This document shows positions 38,859 to 51,470 of a stretch of DNA of 64,000 nucleotides, in pieces (positions within the stretch are counted from its first letter, which is position 1; each line of letters starts with the position of its first letter). The notes beneath the pieces were generated by a model that saw nothing but the letters and a program-made list of their open reading frames with translations, did no database searches and was not told where the DNA came from. This DNA is from Anolis carolinensis. Its lineage: Eukaryota. A program made the translations under genes and the position numbers. The DNA lies in contig NC_085844.1 in assembly GCF_035594765.1 (NCBI RefSeq), forward strand, positions 54,699,923 through 54,763,922, written 5' to 3'.

Positions 38859-39323
38859 GGGGCCCATCTACACTGGCCAAAACACAAATGGAATTAGAGT
38901 TTAAACATTTTGGCTAGGGGTGGCCACACCCATTTGTGAAATCAGCATGGGTGAGCAAGGACACTGCCAGTCTCTCCCCCCCCCCCCCTCTCCTCTCCCC
39001 TCCTCAGACCTCTGGTGTCTGTTTCAGGCACCAGAAAGAGAAGGAAAGCATCCAGGCCTCTGTCCGGAGGCTTGTCTTGATAAATACAGGGCAAAAGGGG
39101 GGGGGGGGAGGTTGGTGGTGTCCTCCCACTGCCTGAGCCCACAGAGGCAGGATGGCTGTGGGGACTACCTCCAGGGATAGCACATGGTGGTCCTGAGAGG
39201 CAGTCTCCACAGGCTGTATTCCTGAAAGTTCCACATCTTTCCAGATGTTTTTGAAACCTGGACCTGGATGCCTCAGGATAATGTATCCCCTACAACACAT
39301 TATAGGATAGTGTAGATGGGACC
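38859..39323. mobile_element. PIF/Harbinger-like MITE
   Basis: TIRs ggcccatctacact / agtgtagatgggacc. Confidence 0.6.
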
Positions 39324-39663
39324 TGAGTTGTTCTGGAACCAAACTAGAATGGATACTGAGGACCGACTGTACTATGATGAAGTAGATATTGAAATACGGA
39401 CATTGTCAACCTCGTGCATTTAAAAATCAATAACCTAGTTTTCATACCTTTACTAATGTAATCTATTCTTAAAGCCTTTCAAGCCTTTGTTAGTCTTCTG
39501 CCATTTGGTAAGAGCAAGTGTTTCTCTACAGTAAGGGAGAAGAAGAGAGAATAAGAGACAGCACAACCTATTGTAGACTTCCAGTTCATGCCACTGTTGT
39601 GAAGTTTGGTATAAGAGTCCAGCAATCCCTCAAAGTCCACAGGTTCCCTAGATTGCTCTACAG

Positions 39664-39772
39664 CAGTGGTTCTCAACCTATGGTCCTCAAGTCCCAACAG
39701 CTGGTAAACTGGCTGGGATTTCTGGGAGCTGTAGGCCAAAAACATCTGGGGACCCCAGGTTGAGAATCACTG
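39664..39772. mobile_element. hAT MITE, internally deleted
   Basis: TIRs cagtggttctcaacct / aggttgagaatcactg; TSD ctctacag. Confidence 0.9.
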
Positions 39773-40739
39773 CTCTACAGTGTTCCATAGCATGGCACTT
39801 TCCAACCAAGATCAGTCATCATTTTCATATCCCTCCTTCAAAATAATATAAATGTTGCAATGCATTTGTGTTATGCTTCAATTGAAGCATGTTTGTCATA
39901 AGAGGTCAATTTCCCAGGTGATAGTTGGATGAGTGCAGAATTTCTGGGATTTGTGTATTAAGCAAAGGGGGGTCGGTACTACTGCTTATCAAGATGCAAG
40001 TGGCATCAACTTAAGAGATTCCTTACGGAGTGCTCTAATGGAAAAGTCACCTCCTGTTGTGTTTGACACAGAAGGCAATGATCTATCTTGGTGTCACAGT
40101 CACAGTTTTAATGAAGCTTATAAGCATAGGCTGTAGATCAGAAATCATTGTATTAACTGCAGTAATTAATCAGGCTGACACTTTCTCAAATCTCATGTAG
40201 AATAATAGCTCTAAAGCTTCATCTAATGTGCAGGAAGTCTGAGCTAGAAGTGTGAGAGCCTTAATTAAAACTCTGCCTTAGCACAATAAAATTTAAATAC
40301 CACATGTTTTAATTAGGGTTGCTGCTGCCAGAACTCTGAAAGAGGAATCAGGGGCTGAGTTCATAGTTGCATCAAAGCAGGATGGTGTTCCAAAGTGGCA
40401 GCTGTACTGCATGATATCTGGATCTCTTTAGTCAAAACTGGTACATATTGGTCTGGGAGTTTCTTGTTGACCATGCCAACAAATATTCTGTGTGTAGTCT
40501 GCCTCCATTATTCTTGTTCTGCATTACAAGAAAGGGAGAGAGAAAAAACAGCACCAAGCTAAACATAGAGAAAATTCAAAGGGGGACAAAGTTTCAAATT
40601 GGTGCTGAAAAACATATGGTATTATAAGGAAGATTTTTTGAGGAGCACTTAAAGAACAATTGTGGAAATAAGCTGCTACTCAGAATCAATATCTTTGTAT
40701 TATTCAACAATCCTTGGCTTTCAAAAATGCTGTAGTGCA

Positions 40740-41300
40740 TTAAATCTTTTTTTGTTATTTATTAAAAGTATTGTTTATGTTCCTGGCCACTAGGATTCCA
40801 CAAAGTAATGCACAATAAAATATCAAAACAGTCTTTAAATACAACTTTAAAACAATGTTAGTCTCATCTTCAGAAAAAACAAAGCCAGATGCAACAATCT
40901 AGTTTTGGCTGCCAAGCAAACAGCTACAAGGATGGCATCAGCCTCACTTTTTTCACAGGAAATTCCAGGATTGAGGCATAGCTATAAAGAAAAAAAAAGC
41001 TTATCTTCTGTTTTGACCCACTTCACCACTTGAATTGATGGGATATGAAGCAAGACCTCTGTTGAAGACCTCAGATTTTAGGCAAACATTTATCTTTCAT
41101 AATTTAAGGCTTCATAGGTCACCAGCACCATTTTGCATTAAGCTTAAAAACAAATTGAAAGCCAGTGCAAGATACATGGTCTGCAAAGCACATTACAGAA
41201 ACAGTTGGGCTTCTGTATATTACAGTAAGCTGAAGCTTTCAAACCCTTTTCAAGGGCAGCTTTATGTAGAATGCGTAAGAATAATCTAAGTAAGAAGTCG
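40740..41300 (-). mobile_element. Highly degraded L2 fragment
   Basis: Weak similarity to the L2 3' region (agcttaaaaacaaattgaaagccagtgcaag). Confidence 0.4.
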
Positions 41301-41394
41301 TTCAGGCATCGATCTCAATAGCCAAATCAGCCTTTTAAAATTGTTGTTATTCATTTTATGTCAAAATGCTATGTAGAACCGAACTGAATCTGAT

Positions 41395-41652
41395 GGAAAT
41401 ACCTTGACTTTACAAGTTTGCGGATTTGAGTTTTGTAGATCTGAATATTCACAGGTTTGATTAAAATGTTCTCTCCATGAAACACTAGGTCATCCGTGGC
41501 ACATCTGTGGCCAATGTCTCCTGGAAGTTAACATGCTGAAGAGCCTAAAGATCCCCAGAGAGTTATGAATCTTTAAGTCTTTTTTAATTTGTGGTTTTTC
41601 ACTTTCATGGGGGTCCTGTGGCCCTAATCCCAGTGAATGTGAAGGGCTGACT
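41395..41652. mobile_element. Degraded Tc1/pogo-type MITE
   Basis: Same family as 6389-6890. Confidence 0.45.
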
Positions 41653-43149
41653 TAACTTTATCTGAACAATAAGTCACTTAAATTATAAATGCTTATTCCC
41701 AAGGTGTCTCTGTTTTTCCATCTGGGATCTACCTTGAGTCACAATGCAAGAGGATTTGGGTATGCTTAGTGAGATTTCAGACTTCTCCCTGGGGTCAGCT
41801 GACCATTGTGCCAGATGAAAACAGCCTAATATCTAATCCCAGCTTCTAAATCAATTTGGTACGTGCTGATTATGGTGATCAAAGCACAAGCACAAAGGCT
41901 TTTCAAAAGCACAACACATCAGATGGAGTTTGTTGCAAGTTCTTTTTGATCCTGACCATTATATTAATGAATAAAAACACATGTAAAAAAAAAACAGCAG
42001 AAGGAAGAATTTGAAAACTACATGAAACCAGTGACAGCAGGTTTGTTTCAAAAATCCATAGGGCAGGCAAGGCAAGCGGCATCAGTGCAGCTGTTCTGAC
42101 AGATAAATGAACACAGCTGATGATACAGTGATCCTGTTATCTCTTAAAGACAATTGTTGACTCGACTTACTTTACCTTGTGTTCCTTCTAAAGTCATCTA
42201 AACTACTGAAGGCAAAATATCTGACTCCAACCCAACTTTATGTGATGCTGTTTATCACTGGCAAGCACATCTCATCACAAATCTGTATCTAGGGACATGT
42301 TTGCCTTTGAGCTAGAACTTGATAAATCAATAGAAAAAAGAGAACTTCCGTTGGCATGATTGAGACAGATCTTTGGCCTGGGTGAGGGTTATGCTGAAGA
42401 CATATACTGTGTGTGTATATATATATTTGGATCATTATGTGAAATAAAATGTAATTTATGTCCAATAGCAGCTTCCCTTCTGATAGAAATAGTCTCTTTT
42501 GATGAAGAGATTTTGATCATGACTGTGGCATGAGGGAAAGCATCTGTAAAAAGTAAACTATCTTTGATGCCTAAAACCACATTCTCCGCTTTTCAATGAT
42601 AAACATGAAAAACAAATCGTGCAACAGCAGGCTTGTTTAACATAACTTGTAGTTTGACCTTGGCTTTGAATTTTCCAATGAAGGCTCACATTTGTAAGAC
42701 ATGTTGGTATTGTCCTGATGGACTGCTCTACTCCAGCTTGTTCCATGATGGCAGCTGTGTGGCTGCTTGTACTGCACAGATTGCCATAATTGTCTGTGGC
42801 CAACCGTGTATCCTTAGATATGGGTGGCCTACAAATAACAACAATACTATAATACAGGCTAGAATTATGAAAAATGTAGTCCCAATTTCCAAGGACCATG
42901 GACTGGGAAATAACACTGTGGACACATACAAGCAAGAGAAACATTTTCATATCTATTAGCAATTGGTGTTGCAGAACATCCCAACACATAGGTCCCAAAC
43001 ATGTGCATCCATATTATTTTTACTGATGCTATGGAATATCTTCAGATAACATATCAATGTTTTGTCTCTGCTATGTATGCAATCAGAGTGAGTTTCCCAT
43101 TCCTTTCTTCTGAAATTGAGAATATATGGGTTGCCTTTGCTGAAAGAAA

Positions 43150-43473
43150 GGAGCCCGCAATGGTGCAGCAGGTTAAACTGCTAAGCTGCAGAACTTGCTG
43201 ATAGGTCAGTGGTTTGAATCTGGGGAACAGGATGGGCTCCTGCTGTTAGCCCCAGCTTCTGCCAACCTGGCAGTTCAAAAACATGCAAATGTGAGTAGAT
43301 CAATAGGTACCACTCCAGTGGGAAGGTAATGGCAGTCCATGCAGTCATGCTGGCCACATGACCTTGAAGGTGTCTACGGACAATGCTGGCTCTTTTCGGC
43401 TTAGAAATGGAGATGAGGACCAACCCCCAGACTCAGACACGACTAGACTTAATGTCAGGGGAAAACCTTTACC
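43150..43473 (+). mobile_element. Full-length Sauria SINE
   Basis: tRNA-like head ggagcccgcaatggtgcagcaggttaaa through ggggaaaacctttacc. Confidence 0.92.
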
Positions 43474-44254
43474 AACCCTTTTGCGGAGATAATGTGATTT
43501 TCAGATGGCCACCCAGTGAGTTTCCATGACCAAGCAGCGATTTGAATAATGCTCCTGGAGTTTCAGTTCCAATAGTCACACCATTGCACCATGCTGGGTC
43601 TCCTTGCATATTTTACTGGTGCATAACCGTTGTGCTAGCAGAAGTCTAAGGTAGGCTTTTTAAAAAGAAAAACAGAAAAGGCACTTCTCTGACAGCTATT
43701 GTTTACATGCTGACAGTTTGCTTAATAAAATCCAAAAGGCTGAAAATGATTAAAAATCTGGTGTTTTCATGTAATTGCATTTGTCTGCAAACCATATGGT
43801 GTTCAACGGATAATCTGATAATAACTTGTTTATAGGGCTTTTTCTTTACAGAGATCTAGGGCTAGAAATAGAAACTCTTCTAGCAGAACAGCAAATAAAT
43901 CAACAAATGTTATTTTCCCCCAAATGATTGTTCCCAAGTGTCTTATTTTACCTTATTACTTTTGCTTTAGTTCACTGGAAACTTTTCTTACCTAAATAAC
44001 CCTTCCAAGGGCCTCATTGTACCGATTGTCAGTACAGGTTTGGGTCCCCCTCGCCACCCCTCATCCAATTTAATACTCCCGCTATACTATACTCAATTGA
44101 ATTACAATGTGCTAGAATTTAAAAGCAATCTAAGTAGCTTTACTTTCCCCTGCTTTCTACAAAAGGTTCTATATTGCATTTTTGTAACCTAACATCCTGC
44201 TGGTTTTGAGTGGCAGGTGAAGGGCATTTAAATTAATGATTTCCTTCTCCTCAG

Positions 44255-44324
44255 GCTCTGTGTTGCAAGTAAGATTATTCTTCAGAAAGATTTGGGCTTG
44301 AGCCTGTTCCACTTGAAGCCACTG
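44255..44324 (+). other. Candidate 70-nt non-coding (5' UTR) exon
   Basis: Acceptor tttccttctcctcag| and donor CTG|gtaaga; no ATG; lies between putative exon 1 and the coding exon. Confidence 0.35.
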
Positions 44325-44671
44325 GTAAGAATGTGCCTCTTAACAGTGCTGTTTCTTGTGTAGTTTAAAATCAATGACTGCTGAAGTGGCACATAAAAAA
44401 TAACTCCTTGATGGGTATGCCTCATAGAGCTCTGTGCTTTAAATAGGAGCTGCCATGGTTTTCCTTAAGGTGCACATGAATATTGTTTAGAAAGTAGAGT
44501 TGCTTTTGCGTCCTGTACAGCTGCATTGATATATCGCTCTGCTTCTAAAGAGCTCAAGTTAACTGTTCATGTTGTCTACAGTTCTCTGTGATATAGGCTC
44601 CTGGAGTTATGTCCTGGGCACATTGTTCAGTCAGGCCAGCTGCTGGGGTACTCTGGGCACAGGAAACATAT

Positions 44672-44890
44672 GATACATCTACACTGTGGCATTAATGCAG
44701 TTTGACACCGCTTGAACTGCTACAGCTCAGTTCTGTGGATCATAGGCATTGTTTTTTTCAAGATGTTTAGAGTTCTCTGCTAAAGTGTGCTAGTGCAACA
44801 CCAGACTACAACTCCTATGATTCCATAGCTCTGAGCCATGGCAATTAAAGTGGTGTCGAACAGCATTAATTTTACTGTATAGATGCACCC
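44672..44890. mobile_element. Palindromic MITE (Harbinger/URR-like)
   Basis: Long imperfect TIRs catctacactgtggcattaatgcagtttgacacc / ggtgtcgaacagcattaattttactgtatagatg. Confidence 0.7.
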
Positions 44891-45659
44891 AAAGGCTTAC
44901 ATTTCATTCTTAGGGATCACTATATCAGCAAGATTTTGTTCACAAGAATATTTTAACATTTCTCATTGGCTTGGATCAATGATCATGAATAGACTTTTAA
45001 AACTTCAATCCAAGATCCTACCCTACTACTCTATCCAAGGTTAGTACAGCCAATCCACAATCAAGATATATAGGAAAAAATGTTCTAAATTATTCTGATG
45101 GAAATAACATGCTGCATATCTGTGAACACATCTTCCCAACTATTCAGAATCAAAAGCTGGAAACAGAAGGCAATGTTTACTAGTAGTTCATACAATGGAC
45201 ACCTCTTCTTTGGATCAATTGGTTTCCAGTGACTGTGTTAGCAGATATTGGAAATATTCCTAGTTTTTACCTGCAAAGGTGGCCCTGCTACTTGAGAGAT
45301 TTATAGAGTCTTCAACAAAGTATTATTGTTATTTAACAAAAATCTGTGCAAGCTTTGTCGTTTACAGTGTATACAAAGATGGAGTCCAATACAAATTAAT
45401 ACTGGGAACTATCTTTCTTTTTCTGTTCATTTAATGGCAGGAAAAGTGTTTGAGAACAAAAAGCTATTTTTACTGCACTTCATATCTTACATTATAGTGA
45501 TGGGTACATGAGAAAAATAGATGTTAATAGCCTACTGGTTATAACCTGATTTGTTTACATCCTCAAATGGTGCATTACATGCATTTATGAGTAATACATA
45601 AACCCACATTTATGCAGCTATACTGGGAACAGCTCTCTGCTTTATCTTGGAGAATCTGG

Positions 45660-46184
45660 TAGTGGTATAACACCAAGCACAAAGTAGCTGCACGCAATAA
45701 CATCCTGCGGAAACTTATTGGCAATGCATAGGGTGCAGACTCACAATTAATATGAATATCAGCCCTGGCCTTGTCTTTCTCAACTGCTGAGTACACCTGT
45801 CCTGTCTGGCACAAGTCTGTCCATGTGAAGCAGGTGGACATAGCACTGAACGAAGCATGGAGAATAATCACAGGATGCCTTAAACCTACACCTGTTGATA
45901 GACTGAGAAGCGGAGTTGGCAGATCAAAAGACAACCTGGCAAGATGGCACTACCTGGAGGAATCCTCCACCTTGTGTGACTGTTGAGCAAAACAAACAAC
46001 TCCTCATATGTATGCTTGCCCACAATGCCCTGCCTCATGCATGGAGGAAGAGTTGTTCAAAGCTACGGACAATGTGATTGCTGTTGCCCACTTTTGGTCT
46101 AAAACTATTTAGCTGTTTGTGATTCCTTTATCACTTTTAAATGTATTTATTATACAATGCTTTTGACACGAAATAAATAAATAA
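45660..46184 (+). mobile_element. Vingi non-LTR retrotransposon 3' fragment with internal deletion
   Basis: KVAARNNILRKL, AEYTCPVWHKSVHVKQVDIALNE, CDC*AKQTTPHMYAC; tail tttgacacgaaataaataaa. Confidence 0.85.
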
Positions 46185-46662
46185 GGTACAAAAGGATGGT
46201 TTATGATTTCCAGTGGAAACATGGAGTGGCAATCTGCATTCTAGAAAACTGTCTGGAACACAGGGTATTGCTGGGAGATTCCAAATGGATAAGTAGATAG
46301 GCATTGATTGGAAAAGTAATGGAATAGATAATATTCTCTTCCAGTCCAAGGAAAAACAAATTGCAAAAGCCTATAAAATATTATTAAAATTACACACAGA
46401 AGTACAGATTGTATGATTCAATGGGCAAAGAATGTGGGCCACAATATCCCCCTAGACCAGTCATAAAAATAGAGAAACTATTCCTTGCATTCAGTCATTC
46501 AGGTACAAAATACACTTTGAAACTATATGTGTTTCTTCCCATTATTAACATCTTTGATAAGTGCAATCTTTTTTTAAATGAATTTTTAATTTACTTTATT
46601 TAGGAAAATGATTGTTGCATCTAAAATGTAATTGACCTTTTGACCAATGCTACATTGCTGAT

Positions 46663-46890
46663 CAGAAGGAGGGTAGATTTTGATTGAACATTAGAAGGGC
46701 TTTCTTGATGGTGAGAACAGTTTGGCAGTGAAACAATTGCCTAGAGATGTGGTGAGTTCTCCTTCTCCTGACATTGTCAAAAAGAAGCTAGGTAGCTGCT
46801 GATGCTTTAGCAGATGATCCTGCAATGAGAAGGAGATTGGACATGATTGCCCATGAGCCCAATTCAACACTATGAAGCTGTGAATCTATG
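46663..46890 (+). mobile_element. Old CR1 3' end
   Basis: ttgaacattagaagggctttcttgatggtgagaacagtttggcagtg. Confidence 0.7.
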
Positions 46891-48169
46891 AAATTTAATT
46901 TCTTTGTTCAACATTTTAACTGAGCAGTGTACCATACAGGCTCTTGTTTTATACCTTCCCCCATTAGGTTGTACATTTTCCATCATAAACTATCACCATG
47001 TAAGAAAAAAAAACATTTCAGAGCAAACAATCTTTTCAATCCATATCATTCCATGATTGTGATTTTTTTCCCTGCCTATTTAATGGTGTTTACCAAGAAA
47101 TGAGAAATCTAATCCATGTTCTAAATGCCAAGTTATCACACACACACAGTCTTTCTCCCTCCCTGGTCTCATTTTTATTGTATCAGAGTGGTAATATTAG
47201 TCCTGTTGAAGCACATGCAGACAACTTGGGACGTAAGGGTGGTGGAAGAGTAAAAACCACTGCTATGTTCACCTCTGACAAGAAACCCAAAAGACTGGGA
47301 ACCTACTGGTTATTTGTTGTTGATTTGGCCTTAACTCAGTTTTGCATATTGAAATTCTTCATGAACATTACTTCCAATACCAGAAAGTGTTTTAAAAGCA
47401 CATAATTCCATTCCTTGAGCACATAAATCTCACTGAACTCTTCTCCTATTCCATTGAGTATTTAGCTGTTGATTCGGGCTTCTATTCCTCAAGGGCCAGA
47501 AAAAAGAGTTCTGTTACTCTTTAATAGCAGTGTTTTCCAAAGCATCGATTTTGCTTCAGAAATCCTTACATTTGTATGAAGTGCAAAGAACATATCTAAT
47601 TTTGACTTGCAGTTTCACACTAAAACTTTGAGATAATCCATGATGTCCATCAAGAATGCCAGGTCTTGTGGCCTCTTTTGGTTGTCAGATTATTTGCAGG
47701 TCAGCATTTCATCTCAGTGAAAAGTTCTGTATTCTTCTTAAGTATGTCAGCCTATTTCTTTAGCTCATCCAGCACACTTCACAATAATAAACCAAATCCC
47801 TGTGCTCTTCTTTGAGACCTTTCAGTAGCTCCTTGAACTAATGACTGTTCAGTGCCCTACTTTTGATAAAGCAAACGTGGACAGATTGTTTTCATTCCAA
47901 AGGAGTGCTTGCAAGAAATCTCCAAAAGAATGATGCTATGCCACAGTACCTATTTATTTGGATCAAAGCTAACACAGGACCTTTCTTTTTTAACAAGGCC
48001 TGTAAGTCTCTTCTGAGCACTAGTTATAGGCTGGTGCAACATCAATAGCAAGACAGGTTTTCTCTGATGTCATGACGGTGAAATTCCACATGAGAGACTA
48101 GCTAGCTAGATGCTGTTATGTCAGTTGTCTTGTCAACAGCCAAAGGGTTGAACACAAATTAATAAACAG

Positions 48170-48800
48170 AGCCTTTCTGAGACCAACATTGTTGCCCTTC
48201 TCTGAACTTGTTCAGATTTGTGTATGCTCTTCTCAAAATACAGCATCTCAAAGTAGACACAATATTCCAGATGAGATTAGACTGGTTCAGAATAGAGTGA
48301 AATCACTGCTTCTTCAGACTTGGAAATGATTATTGTACCAATGCAGTCTAAAATTGAATTAGCCCTTTTTGCAGCTCCATCACACTTCTGATTTCTGACC
48401 ACCTTGAGGTTGACTGACCACGGGTTTGATCCATTTCACATGTACTTCTCCCAAACAGATACTTCTCATACTATGNNNNNNNNNNNNNNNNNNNNNNNNN
48501 NNNNNNNNNNNNNNNNNNNNNNNNNNNNNNNNNNNNNNNNNNNNNNNNNNNNNNNNNNNNNNNNNNNNNNNNNNNNNNNNNNNNNNNNNNNNNNNNNNNN
48601 NNNNNNNNNNNNNNNNNNNNNNNNNNNNNNNNNATTTGTTTGTTGAATTCATTTTTGTTTTCATTTGGTTTTTCACTTTTAAATTGTTGAATTTTAAAAT
48701 GTTTTTATATCTATTGAAGCATTACCCAACACTCCCAAGTTCTGTGCCATCTATAAATACGAGAAAGTTTCCGCCCTTCATCTATTTCACACGACCAGTC
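48170..48800 (-). mobile_element. Degraded CR1 fragments on both sides of the gap
   Basis: Reverse-complement CR1 RT-region remnants. Confidence 0.55.
48476..48633. other. Assembly gap (158 N)
   Basis: Run of N. Confidence 1.
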
Positions 48801-49354
48801 CTATATACGGTTAGCATAAAATTCATCTAACCTGCTGGAACTATGCAGATATTATCTAAATTGAAAATGCATAAGATTTATAGTAGGCACCGTTGTTACA
48901 GTGCTGTAAATTAAGCCTGATTGAACTGGCAGAAGTTTCCCTTCAATATGTAGATCTAGAAAACAAAATATTCGGAAGTAAGCTGTTGAATTGTGATAAA
49001 GAATTGTGATAAACACCTCTTGTTTGGTTAGAAATCAAAGTGTTTTGTTTTTCAATTTCACCAATGTACACATGAGTGAATGGGAGAAGTGTTAAGAAAC
49101 TATAAGACAAGTGGTGAGCATAAGTTTGAGGATATTGGTTTGACACTGGATGTTGGTGGTTTGATATGGTATTCTACAATCTTGTATGTAAGACTTTCTA
49201 CATACAGAGCCAGTGGAGGGTTAGGCCAGAACATAACACTTTCCAGTATCAACTGGTGCCTCCTGTGTTAATGGGGCAGTGAAGCTACTCTGGCTCAAAT
49301 TTGAAAGAAGCTATCCAAAATATTGGACCTATTTGAGGAACTGCTCCTGTAACC

Positions 49355-49745
49355 TTTATTTTATTTATATTTGTTTATACCCTGATTTTCACCTAATAAT
49401 ATGACTCAATGTGGCCAACAACATATTTAAAAATATTTTTAAACTATTCAAAAACTAAAAACCTATACAAACCTTTAAAAGAGCACTGCACAGTATTTAA
49501 AAGCCATTCCCAGTCAGTTTTCAAAATGTTTTCACTTGCCGATGGTAGGAGAGCAAGGATGGGGTCATCCTGTCAATCCTAGGGAGCAGCAACTGTGTCG
49601 TTCTCTTCCTTGTTCTCACATGAGTCTAAGAAGGTGTTGGGACAGAGAAAATGACCTCTTTGGGTGATCATAAGGCTCTAATGGGTGTATAAACAGAGAC
49701 ATGGTCCTTCAAATAGCCAGGATCCAAGCCACACATGACCTTAGA
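49355..49745 (-). mobile_element. Degraded L2 3' fragment
   Basis: tttattttatttat tail, gactcaatgtggccaaca, ggtccttcaaatagccaggatccaagcc. Confidence 0.5.
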
Positions 49746-50365
49746 AGTCATCGCTTTCAATTGTGCCCAGAAATGGACTAGGAGCTGTTGCCACAAGGGT
49801 GCTCCATATAGGCTTTCTATTGTTATTTACAACATATGATGGGCAACCTTTGGGGACGAAGTGGTTTAAATGGCTTATTGGGAAAGGCCACACACTTTTC
49901 ATTGCACCAAATGAAAAAAAAGGTTGGCCATCAAACCACACCAACACACCCTTGGGAGCTGGGACAGGGTTTTCTCATATCTCCCCCCCCGCCCGCCCCC
50001 ACCCCGCCCCCAAAAATAGCACCCTTAGGCCTAAAAAGGGACTTTTGCAAAAGTTAGTAAACTGAATTTCTACTTCTGTAGCTTTTTCCAAATAGGAAAA
50101 AATGGCCTCTTCTGGGCTAAAATGGCCTGGGGAAGATGAAGGAATGTCTGTGCCCCACAGCCCCTTATAGCATTTAGAAACAAAAAACAGGCATTAGAGG
50201 CCATAAAATGTCAAGATGGGTTCACTTACCCACCCCTGGCATAAAATTATGAGAATGATTGCCCACTAGTTTTTGTGTTGCAGAGACACTCTTTCAGTTT
50301 ATGACCTTTCAGAACCACAAATGTATATTCAAGGCAGAACACTTTGAAACTTCTAACAATTGATA

Positions 50366-50704
50366 AGGTAAAGGTAAAGGTAAAGGTTTTCCCCTGACAT
50401 TAAGTCTAGTCATGTCCGACTTCTGGAGGTTGGTGCTCACCTCCATTTCTAAGCCGAAGAGCTGCTGTTGCCCGTAGACACCTCCAAGGTCATGTGTCTG
50501 GCATGACTGCATGGAGCGCCATTACCTTTCTGCCAAAGCAGTCCCTATTTATCTACTTAAATTTGCATGTTTTTGAACTGCTATGTTGGCAGAAGCTGGG
50601 GCTAACAGTGGGAGCACACCCCGCTCCCTGGATTTGAACCGCTGAATTTTTGGTCAGTAAGTTCAGCAGTTCAATGGTTTACCCGCTGTGAGACTGGAGG
50701 CTCC
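50366..50704 (-). mobile_element. Full-length Sauria SINE
   Basis: 11-bp TSD aacaattgata at 50355-50365 and 50705-50715; (AAAGGT)n tail. Confidence 0.95.
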
Positions 50705-50869
50705 AACAATTGATAGAAGGTATAATTTATTTGCAGACAGAGGAAAGAAATGGATGTGTGCCATCTTCCTTGGATTGAAAGCAGATGAAAGCTGCAAAAT
50801 TGTTATTGCATAAGAATCATAGGGGTACAAGCAGACTAGAAAATTAACATTTTTCTTTTGTCTTTACAG

Positions 50870-50992
50870 ATTGACTTTTCCAGAACAGAAAAGGAAACAG
50901 AAGAAAAAATATTGAAAGCGAAGTGAACACTTGTAAGAAGTGAGCCACATGCACCTCTGAAGTGGGTCGAAATGTAGTCCTCTGGTAGGGCC
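50870..50992 (+). other. CHST9: 5' UTR part of the first CHST9 coding exon, with two tiny uORFs
   Basis: Acceptor tttttcttttgtctttacag| at 50869 (alternative AG at 50883); ATG CAC CTC TGA at 50949-50960; ATG TAG at 50972-50977. Confidence 0.7.
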
Positions 50993-51092
50993 ATGAACCT
51001 ACAATTAATCTATATATCTGTACTGATGTTTGGAGTAGCAGGTCTACTCCTCTTCATGTATCTGCAAGCTTGGATAGAAGAACAACATACAG
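50993..51092 (+). CDS. CHST9: Carbohydrate sulfotransferase 9 (GalNAc-4-O-sulfotransferase 2), first coding exon: type II signal anchor; the gene continues beyond the window
   Basis: Translates [33 protein letters not shown](G), matching the recalled human CHST9 [34 protein letters not shown]; phase-1 donor CAG|gtaaca. Confidence 0.93.
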
Positions 51093-51351
51093 GTAACATA
51101 ACTGATTGATTAGGTTGGATCGATAATTTTCTTTGTTCTGTTTTAGCTCTTTCAGTGTAGATAGCACTGTAGACAACCCTATTACATTATTGGATCAAAG
51201 GTTCCTGAGTTTTTATTAATGGAATCAAAAAGTACTGTTTACCCTCCCAATAGAAGGAAAACTCCTGCAAGCAATTGGAGACCTTAGGGATTTTTTTCAT
51301 GGATAGTCACCTGCTTATTGGAAAATAAAATATAATAAATGTTGGGCATCT

Positions 51352-51470
51352 TAAGAATATAAGAGCTATGCCGGATCGTACCAAAGGCCTATGTAGTCCA
51401 GCATTCTGTTGGAATCGTGGCTAATCAGTTGCCCATGAATAGTCCACAGACAAGACATGCATGCAAGTGC
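51352..51470 (-). mobile_element. Old CR1-type 3' tail fragment
   Basis: taagaatataagagctatgccggatcgtaccaaaggcctatgtagtccagcattctgt. Confidence 0.55.
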
